From Macrostomum lignano (taxonomy: Eukaryota): a stretch of 20,035 nt of DNA. Location of the stretch: NCBI GenBank assembly GCA_002269645.1, contig NIVC01005226.1, positions 1 through 20,035 on the forward strand, read 5' to 3'. Positions within the stretch are counted from its first letter, which is position 1, and each line of letters opens with the position of its first letter. Shown piece by piece: positions 1-8,592 of this stretch. The position numbers were made by a program, and so were the translations under genes. Under the pieces are notes generated by a model. That model made no database searches. It worked only from the letters and a program-made list of their open reading frames with translations, and was not told the DNA's origin.

Positions 1-1900
1 CATTAAATTTATGTGATCAATAGCCACATTATAAGTTTTATTTATTTATTAATTTTAATTGACATTATAAAAAAACTCTTTTTACTCAACAATCAAATAG
101 TTAAATTACATATTTGTTTTAGCTTGTAAAATATTTACTGTATTTTCTAAATTTTTAATTATAGAAAATAAGAATTGAAATTTTATAAAGCATCAAAGTT
201 GCATGTCGTTTTTGCTTGCTTTATTTTATTTGTTCTATAAATTTAGACATGTTGGGTAAAAGAAAAATGCGTATTTCTATTTCTAGCCTACTGTCATTTC
301 TAAAAAATAATTATTTCTAGTTGAAACATCTGGCTTTTGGCTTCTATTGAGTATTGACCATAGTAGAGTGCTTTCTAAGTTTCTATGCTTGAAATTGAAT
401 GGTAGGCTACATGCGCAACCCCCTTAATTATACTGGCCGTGTGTCTTACTTTTTGACCTAAAAGGCGACTTACCTGTAAATAAAAGAAGTCTTGTTTCAG
501 ACAACTGGGAATGTATATTTTAATATTTTACATAAGGCTATAGCCATAGGCTATATCGCCTATATGACTTAATAGGATTTAAAGAGTTATTTTGTTTCAT
601 ATTTTAAGGCAGTGCATGTAAAATAGCTTAAGCATAAAAATGCCTTATTATCTAACTATGTCTGCATTTTTTGGGTAGTCATTTTTGTGATTTATCCCTG
701 ATCTATTCACAATTACTGGTGGCTAGATTGGCTAGGTTGACTAATAGTTGCACATATATGCTATGCATGTTATATTAGTCTATCTTTGTAGTACAAATAA
801 TTTATAAATCAATTTATAATATTAGACTATCTTTGTAGTACAAATAATTTATAAATCAATTTATAAAGTAAGTTTGCCATTGTCTATTGTCTAGTTTAGT
901 TAAGATATGAGGGCTTTCTAAAATTTATATAGTATTTTTGTTAGAATTATATTCAATTTTAGATTTTGTACTCCATAAGTTACATAGTCCCCTTTATTGC
1001 CAATAGCCATTATAAAATACTATTTCATAGTCATTTCTTACTTATTTGATTAGTAGATAACAAAGTAAGCAATACTAGGTAGTTAATGACAAAGTGGTAA
1101 ATAATAAAATGTCTAGGAACCTAATAAAGATACTACAATTGATTAGCTTGATCTGATCTTAGAAAGATTATATACATATTTAATTGGCTCTAGTTGCAAC
1201 TTATTTTTTGTTTTCTTTTTCTTTTTTCTTATGTTTTCCCTTTATTTCTTTTCTTTCTTGCTTTGATCATTCAACCTCCTTGTTGCCTAAGTAGAAAAAA
1301 CATAAATATAGAAAATATGACAATGAATATAAGGTGCAACTTTGCAAGAGTTATCTATTAAATACAAAAGATTTGTCTTTTTATGCTTGTTTTGTCTGAA
1401 TATATTCCAAGAAAATTCCATTGAGAAAAATAGTTTTATACAAGCTATTATATTGCACTTTCTTTTATTCCCATAATTTTCTATAGCTATAGCTAGTAGT
1501 TATAATAAATAAATAAAGAAAGCACAATCCTAACTTAGCTTCTAGGGGTTGCAGGTTGCAGCAAGACAACTTTTACAATATATGTGCATTCACCATGGCC
1601 AGACAAAGACCAATATATTAATTGTAGACTGCAGATGTTCCCCTTTTATCCCATTGGTAAAAGTCTAGTCAATAATATAATTTTAGAGTTCCTAGTCAGT
1701 TTGCCAGCCATGTATAGCCAGTTGGAATATGTTATGTATCTACTTCTAGGAAGTAGGTCTGGCCCTCTATGTGACTAGTCATACATGTGCAACCTCCAAA
1801 ATTCAGTCAGCCATGCAACTTAGTTTTAACAAAAATGCGACGTAGTTTTTGGGCAAAAATGCAACTTACATTTAAAAAAACCCTAAAGCAAAATTAACGC
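1..1900. other. AT-rich, CpG-depleted segment, probably a decayed transposon
   Basis: About 6 CpG in the first 1800 nt, recurrent TGCAAC/GTTGCA motif, no credible ORF. Confidence 0.4.
773..866. repeat. Two-copy 47-bp tandem duplication
   Basis: TATTAG(T/A)CTATCTTTGTAGTACAAATAATTTATAAATCAATTTATAA twice, with 1 mismatch. Confidence 0.95.
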
Positions 1901-2066
1901 CTCTTCTTTAGCACAGAACACGCTACTTAAGTCCTCTGATTCCGCCTGGGTTGCCAGGCTAGCCATGACAGGAAATAGGCATTACTATGTTAGTTGGTGT
2001 TCTTATAGTAAATTTTGGTTATAGGTCGTTCATGTGAGCGCTCACTGCTGCAGACATGCAAGGGGC

Positions 2067-2175
2067 TGTGTGAACCCTGGTGCACTTTAAGCGACATTGT
2101 CACACAACTGCTAGAGGCATTACTGCCCAGTCCACTAACTTCTCTGAGCAGGCACTCAAGCGCGCAGATATCTAC
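2067..2175. repeat. Left arm of a 109-bp inverted duplication (pairs with 2638-2746)
   Basis: Its reverse complement aligns ungapped to 2638-2746 with 18 mismatches in 109 nt (about 83%, hand count). Confidence 0.9.
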
Positions 2176-2194
2176 TCTTGTTTTGGCATGTACT

Positions 2195-2520
2195 TTGCCT
2201 TGGGGGTTGGCCATTCTTTGGCCCAAAGACACTTGTCAGAGAGGCTGGTGATTGGTGATGATAGTGAATCTTCTAGCCGTAGATATGGCTGCAGTACTTC
2301 TTGATGCCAAAGATGATTGGCAATGATCTCAAATCTTCTCAGTTCTTTTTGAAAGATTGAAAATGATGGCCAGTGCTTCATTTTTATCTGATTAACACTC
2401 TTATTTAGAAGGCTGTAGCCTAGTGCAGCGCTTGTATGTTCCAGCGGCTCAAGCTCGATTCCAAGTGCAGTCACATTAGTCCAGAGCTAAATGGGAATCT
2501 CAGTTTGGGTCTGCTGGTGG
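2195..2520 (-). mobile_element. Degenerate Ty3/gypsy LTR-retrotransposon pol (RNase H) remnant
   Basis: Hand translation of the minus strand across frameshifts and stops gives NQI..KNEALAIIF (EALAIIF at 2359-2379), IIFGIKKY (2294-2317), IYG*K and LTSVFGPKNGQPP (ends 2201). These are collinear with the gypsy RNase H pattern YSQIEKEALAIIFGVKKF..YLYGRKF..DH.PL..IFGPKKGIP. Confidence 0.68.
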
Positions 2521-2637
2521 AATTAACACCCCTGAGGGCCAACCACCAAAGCACAGTGAAGTGTGACATGCCTAATGGTAAATAGTTAGGACTGCTATAC
2601 ACTCCTGTGTGAGTGTGTGCCCTGAGTGTATGACTGC

Positions 2638-2746
2638 GTAGGTATCCGCGCGCTTGTGTGCCTGTTCAGGGGAGTCGGCGGAATGGGCAGCAATGCCACT
2701 CGCCGTTGTGAGACAATGTCGCATAAAGTGCGCCAGGGTGCACACA
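2638..2746. repeat. Right arm of a 109-bp inverted duplication (pairs with 2067-2175)
   Basis: GTAGGTATCCGCGCGCTTG...CCAGGGTGCACACA versus reverse-complemented GTAGATATCTGCGCGCTTG...CCAGGGTTCACACA. Confidence 0.9.
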
Positions 2747-3000
2747 TCTGTTACCGTTTGTAGTTTTCATAGAAATTATCAATAGGGTTAGTCAGATTTG
2801 AAGTATAAAAATCCAACTGTAAATCATTCTGAATTATATGCACTTGTAATGTGCTTTACGAAATTATGTCTACCGTTGAAAGAGAGTGTTTTTTTCTGAT
2901 TGGCCCTACAGGCATCATCCAATGGTAATTCCTCAGTGTTGAAAACACCCCCATATAATATATAGTAAAAATGCAGCAAAATAGGGATTTCTACAATCCA

Positions 3001-3017
3001 CTCTTGTTTCCTTTCAG
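3001..3017 (+). promoter_or_regulatory. Strong 3' splice acceptor 23 nt upstream of the start codon (5'UTR intron or trans-splice site)
   Basis: CTCTTGTTTCCTTTCAG: polypyrimidine tract plus CAG. Confidence 0.55.
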
Positions 3018-3040
3018 ATTATTAGTTAAAAAAAGACAGA

Positions 3041-3922
3041 ATGAAGTGTCACAAGCTAATCAGTTCTCTACTCTGTTTAGCCCTGCTGTTGTCCAACTGC
3101 TCCTGTCAGACCCACCTGACTAGGAGCGTCTCCGGCAGCGGCATCAGCGTTGTTGGCGGCGCCGGCTCCAGCAACCCGGCAGATCTCATGGCTCCAACAT
3201 ATCACAGGCGTCAGGACGAGTACAGCCTGGCTGTCAACTGCACCCCGGGCCTGTCGAAGTCCGCTGCAGCAGCTTACAGTGTTGAACAGCCGCCACCGGC
3301 GATCACCATTGCTGCCACAGCGGCCGGAGCCACCACGGCAACCAGTTCCCCAGCTAGACTGAACTGGCTAGTGCGGCCGGCCGACATCTACGAGCTGTCA
3401 ATCATTCACAAGCCAATCATAGCTTTCAATATCAATCCGAATTGTCAGCTGGCCTATCCGGCCGCCTCGACGCCTTCGAATCTGTTCGACTTGATTGAAT
3501 CTGGCAATTTTGTGGCCCTAGTTAGCGCTCGAGTGTGCACCCTGCTGCAGCTGGTGCAAGCTGTACGCCAGCTGTCTCCGTTTGCTAAGCTCTTTCTACT
3601 CCGGGATATTGCCGAACGGGCTCCGCTGCCTCAGCTGTTTAATCCGGCTGATGAGGCTAGCTTGCAGCATCCGCTAGGTCTGTACGTGCTGGCCTACACC
3701 GGACAAGCCGGTTCGCCCAGTCGCTTAGCCGAGGACCTGTTGAACCGGAGCTGCAGTGTCAGTATTAATTATCGCCTGTCTATGCTGGATAATCTCATTA
3801 ATAAAACCTCCGTACTGTTTGTGTCCGTGTCCTTCATACTGCTCATGATAATTAGCCTATCCTGGTTGGTGTTCTATTATGTGCAGAGATTCCGCTATTT
3901 GCACGCTAAGGAGCGTCTATCG
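3041..3922 (+). CDS. RNF150: Goliath/RNF150-like PA-TM-RING E3 ligase, coding exon 1 (signal peptide, divergent PA-like ectodomain, TM helix)
   Basis: ATG at 3041. Hydrophobic N-terminus [22 protein letters not shown]. Family-diagnostic segment [42 protein letters not shown] closely matches the goliath/RNF150/RNF130 TM region. Donor G|GTAATG at 3923, phase 0. The symbol denotes the family (RNF130/RNF149/RNF150, fly gol/gzl), not proven orthology. Confidence 0.93.
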
Positions 3923-4008
3923 GTAATGCTATTTTTGCTGCTGTTTTACTATTACTTTCGATACATATCGGACTATGCTAACATAATTTTTTGTCTGTTA
4001 TAATTCAG

Positions 4009-4080
4009 CGTCGACTTGGTAATGCAGCTAAAAAGGCTTTGACAATGATTCCCGTGAGGATTCTTAAACCTGGAGACAAG
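4009..4080 (+). CDS. RNF150: Goliath-like ligase coding exon 2 (RRLGNAAKKALTMIPVRILKPGDK)
   Basis: Branch-like CTAAC at 3978-3982, acceptor TTCAG ending 4008, donor AAG|GTAAAT at 4081. 72 nt, phase 0-0. Matches the family motif RRLGDAAKKA...KKGDK. Confidence 0.93.
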
Positions 4081-4235
4081 GTAAATTTGTGGTTTGATTT
4101 TTTAGATGAGGCTAATGAAATACAATATATTAGATTTCAGGAGACTAATACTAGAGATTTTCTTAGATTAGCAGTTGAGATATTTGAGGCTGATTGAGAT
4201 TCTATGAGACTATCAGTAAGAGTTTATTTTTAAAA

Positions 4236-5010
4236 GACCATGGGCGAGAATTTATGACCCTATGGATGAGAGTTTATGACCCTATGGGTGAGAGTTTATG
4301 ACCCTATGGGTGAGAGTTTATGACCCTATGGGTGAGAGTTTATGACCCTATGGATGAGAGTTTATGACCCTATGGGTGAGAGTTTATGACCCTATGGATG
4401 AGAGTTTATGACCCTATGGGTGAGAGTTTATGACCCTATGGATGAGAATTTATGACCCTATGGATGAGAATTTATGACCCTATGGATGAGAGTTTATGAC
4501 CCTATGGGTGAGAGTTTATGACCCTATGGGTGAGAGTTTATGACCCTATGGATGAAAGTTTATGACCCTATGGGTGAGAGTTTATGACCCTATGGATGAG
4601 AGTTTATGACCCTATGGGTGAGAATTTATGACCCTATGGGTGAGAGTTTATGACCCTATGGGTGAGAGTTTATGACCCTATGGATGAGAGTTTATGACCC
4701 TATGGATGAAAGTTTATGACCCTATGGGCTATGGGTGAGAGTTTATGACCCTATGGATGAGAGTTTATGACCCTATGGGTGAGAGTTTATGACCCTATGG
4801 GTGAGAGTTTATGACCCTATGGATGAAAGTTTATGACCCTATGGGCTATGGGTGAGAGTTTATGACCCTATGGATGAGAATTTATGACCCTATGGGTGAG
4901 AGTTTATGACCCTATGGGTGAGAGTTTATGACCCTATGGGCTATGGGTGAGAGTTTATGACCCTATGGGTGAGTTTATGGCCCTATGGGTGAGAAACTAT
5001 GATCCTACAG
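4236..5010. repeat. 22-bp minisatellite (CCTATGGGTGAGAGTTTATGAC), about 35 units, intron 2
   Basis: Direct period 22, with GGT/GAT variants and occasional 7-bp CTATGGG duplications. Confidence 0.97.
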
Positions 5011-5516
5011 GTGATGGGTGGAAATTTGAAAGCAAGATTTCTTATGGGAAAATTTTCCTGAAAAGCAGCGAAAGAGAGTGCTTTTTGAATGTTGACGTGT
5101 TGAGTGCGGGTGAATGTTGACGACAGCACCAAAAAAACTGTCTCGATTCGTGCAGGTGACAATAATTAATTACTAGGAATGAGATTTTTTCTGCAGTGGC
5201 TCACGTGTTCTAAGCAGATATTTGTCAGAGAAAATTGCCTCTTTTTATTATTGCGGGTCTTCGCGTGCTCCACCCGGCAGGTGGGTCTGGAAAATGCGAG
5301 TTTGATAGGCCCTGTGCGTCAGTCTGCCTGGTTGCTTATTGCTCACGTGCTTCATCTCTTTGATGAGGCATCCTCTCTTCTTTGATGAGGCATTTGTGAA
5401 ACTGGCGTTGCTCGCCTCACTGCTTTGTTAGCATATGTTTATTAGCGAATAATTGCACTTGATTTATAATTATGGCTAATAGTGACTAATTAAGTATAAA
5501 AATCCTCGCCTTTTTC

Positions 5517-6705
5517 TAGCTACTAAAATGTATATTGCTAGTTACTAGAATACAGATTGCTAGCTACTAGAATTCAGATTACTAGTTACTCGTACTAGAA
5601 TACAGATTGCTAGTTACTAGAATTTAGATTACTAGTTACTAGAATACAGATTGCTAGTTACTAGAATACAGATTACTAGCTACTAGAATTCAGATTACTA
5701 GCTACTAGAATTCAGATTACTAGTTACTAGAATACAGATTGCTAGTTACTAGAATTCAGATTACTAGTTACTAGAATACAGATTGCTAGTTACTAGAATT
5801 CAGATTGCTAGTTACTAGAATTCAGATTGCTAGCTACTAGAATTCAGATTACTAGCTACTAGAATACAGATTACTAGCTACTAGAATTCAGATTGCTAGT
5901 TACTAGAATTCAGATTACTAGCTACTAGAATTCAGATTGCTAGTTACTAGAATTCAGATTACTAGTTACTAGAATACAGATTGCTAGTTACTAGAATTCA
6001 GATTGCTAGCTACTAGAATACAGATTGCTAGTTACTAGAATTCAGATTACTAGTTACTAGAATACAGATTGCTAGTTACTAGAATTCAGATCGCTAGTTA
6101 CTAGAATACAGATTACTAGCTACTAGAATACAGATTGCTAGTTACTAGAATTCAGATTACTAGTTACTAGAATACAGATTGCTAGTTACTAGAATTCAGA
6201 TTGCTAGTTACTAGAATACAGATTACTAGCTACTAGAATTCAGATTGCTAGTTACTAGAATTCAGATTACTAGTTACTAGAATACAGATTGCTAGTTACT
6301 AGAATTCAGATTGCTAGTTACTAGAATTCAGATTGCTAGTTACTAGAATTCAGATTACTAGCTACTAGAATACAGATTACTAGTTACTAGAATTCAGATT
6401 GCTAGTTACTAGAATTCAGATTACTAGTTACTAGAATACAGATTGCTAGTTACTAGAATTCAGATTACTAGTTACTAGAATACAGATTACTAGTTACTAG
6501 AATTCAGATTACTAGCTACTAGAATACAGATTGCTAGTTACTAGAATTCAGATTACTAGTTACTAGAATTCAGATTACCAGTTACTAGAATGCAGATTAC
6601 TAGTTACTAGAATTACTAGAATTACTAGAGTTACTAGTTACTAGAATTCAGATTGCTAGCTACTAGAATTCAGATGCTAGTTACTAGAATGTAGATGACT
6701 AGTCC
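5517..6705. repeat. 22-bp CTAG-rich minisatellite (TAGTTACTAGAATTCAGATTAC), about 54 units, intron 2
   Basis: Period 22, with three segregating sites (T/C, T/A, A/G). Confidence 0.97.
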
Positions 6706-7271
6706 ATTGCTATACTAATAGCTTAATAAATAGAGAATGCAGACACTTCAAAAAAATTTGTAGAAAAATTTTCATTGTATACTAGGGGGCCCTAGTTGTA
6801 TGATCGAAATTTAGTAACAAAACAAACGAACAAACGAACGAAACAAAATTTAGTATGCGATGCATATGAATAATAACATGACTAATTCTACCATCAAACA
6901 AAGATCTCAGACTAGCTAACTTTAACCAAACAGTTAAAGCGTATTGATTGGGGAGCTGTGGGAATATGTAGGAATCCTCTCTTATAGTTCCACAATGGAA
7001 GCTGAGCTATAGGTTAGTTGAGTAGCTGCTCACGTGTGTCTGTCATGGTCTGACTTATTGACAGCTAAATGCAAACTGTGTTTTTTATATAAAATGGATA
7101 GCGTGGGCGTTCTCGCCAGATGGAAGCTGTTTTTTGCTAGATAATAATAAAATAATAGTCATAGCACTTGGCTATTTATTGGATAATTGGTTTTTATACG
7201 ATTTATACTGATTTTTTATGTCTGTTATTCATGTATCGATCGATTTTGTCCATCAAACACCCTTGATCCAG

Positions 7272-7354
7272 GATTTCGTCTGGATTGGAGACCAATGCGC
7301 TGTCTGCATTGAGCCGTATCGTGTGTCCGATGCTGTCCGAATTCTGCCCTGCAA
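7272..7354 (+). CDS. RNF150: Goliath-like ligase coding exon 3, N-half of RING-H2 (DFVWIGDQCAVCIEPYRVSDAVRILPC)
   Basis: Acceptor CCAG ending 7271 and donor AA|GTGAGT at 7355. 83 nt, phase 0-2. C-x2-C-x14-C spacing. Too short to appear in the ORF track. Confidence 0.93.
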
Positions 7355-7369
7355 GTGAGTAGGCAGGAG

Positions 7370-8170
7370 AGGGGGGTAGGAGGAGGAAGGGAGGGTAAGA
7401 GGGTGAAGAGGGGGTAAGAGAGTGAAGGGAGTGTAAGAGGGTGAAGGGAGGGTAAGAGAGTGAACGGAGGGTAAGAGGGTGAACGGAGGGTAAGAGAGTG
7501 AAGGGAGGGTAAGAGGGTGAAGAGGGGGTAAGAGAGTGAAGGGAGTGTAAGAGGGTGAAGGGAGGGTAAGAGAGTGAACGGAGGGTAAGAGAGTGAACGG
7601 AGGGTAAGAGAGTGAACGGAGGGTAAGAGGGTGAAAGGAGGGTAAGAGAGTGAAGGGAGTGTAAGAGGGTGAAGGGAGGGTAAGAGAGTGAACGGAGGGT
7701 AAGAGAGTGAACGGAGGGTAAGAGGGTGAAAGGAGGGTAAGAGAGTGAAGGGAGTGTAAGAGGGTGAAGGGAGGGTAAGAGAGTGAACGGAGGGTAAGAG
7801 AGTGAACGGAGGGTAAGAGGGTGAAAGGAGGGTAAGAGAGTGAAGGGAGTGTAAGAGGGTGAAGGGAGGGTAAGAGAGTGAACGGAGGGTAAGAGAGTGA
7901 ACGGAGGGTAAGAGAGTGAAAGGAGGGTAAGAGAGTGAAGGGAGGGTAAGAGAGTGAACGGAGGGTAAGAGGGTGAAGGGAGGGTGAGAGGGTGAAGGAA
8001 GGGTAAGAGGATGAAAGGAGGTTAAGAGGGTAAAAGGAAGGTAAGAGGGTAAAAGGGGGGTAAGAGGGTAAAAGGAGGGTAAGAGAGTGAAGGGGATAAG
8101 AGGGTGAAGGGAGGGTAGGAGAATGATAGGAGGGTGAGAGGGTAAGAGGGTGAAGGGCGGGGAGAGGGTG
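7370..8170. repeat. 19-bp purine-rich minisatellite (GAGGGTAAGAGAGTGAACG), intron 3
   Basis: Period 19 in the core, degenerate at both edges. Starts about 15 nt after the exon 3 donor. Confidence 0.95.
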
Positions 8171-8592
8171 CAGTGGTGTTAATAATCTGTGGGCTCAAGT
8201 TACAATAGCATTATAATTCGCAGATAAGTAAAAAATGGAAAAATTTGCACAGCTTATTCAAGGCCATACAGCCGCTTGCAATCATATTTTCAGCCATTTT
8301 TCCCTATTCCCTAGGGAAATGCAATCTTTCAGGCAGGCTTTCACTGGAAAAGTGGGAAGAAATTCCACTAAGTACCGTATTTTTTGTACCCTTCCAGAGG
8401 AATTTATGTAGATAGGGTGGTGCAGTGGGCTGTGCTTAACTCCTAATCCAGGCCAATATGTCCGCTACTAACCATTTGCCCTTTGTACTTTTGCCCAAGC
8501 AGATTGGGGAACTATGCATTATTTATTGCCTCCTGCTGCTTTTAGCGAGAAACTATATAGCATATTCTTTGCGATTTGCTGGTCTTCTTCCA

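Noticed and set aside
1944-1962. GCCTGG-GTTG-CCAGGC hairpin with CTAG / GGGTTGCCAG (Helitron end or hAT TIR)
   Set aside because: No partner CTGGCAACCC end was found in the window, and the CTAG overlaps the stem instead of following about 10 nt later.
1584-2474. Short ORFs 1584-1778, 1990-2232, 2015-2251, 2080-2304 and 2172-2474 as genes
   Set aside because: No recognisable domains. The overlap of open frames is explained by the decayed retroelement and the GC-richer repeat arm.
2638-2746. HFMRH...Y resemblance to tyrosine recombinase box II on the minus strand
   Set aside because: The spacing is wrong, there is no upstream catalytic Arg box, and substitutions between the two arms show no codon constraint.
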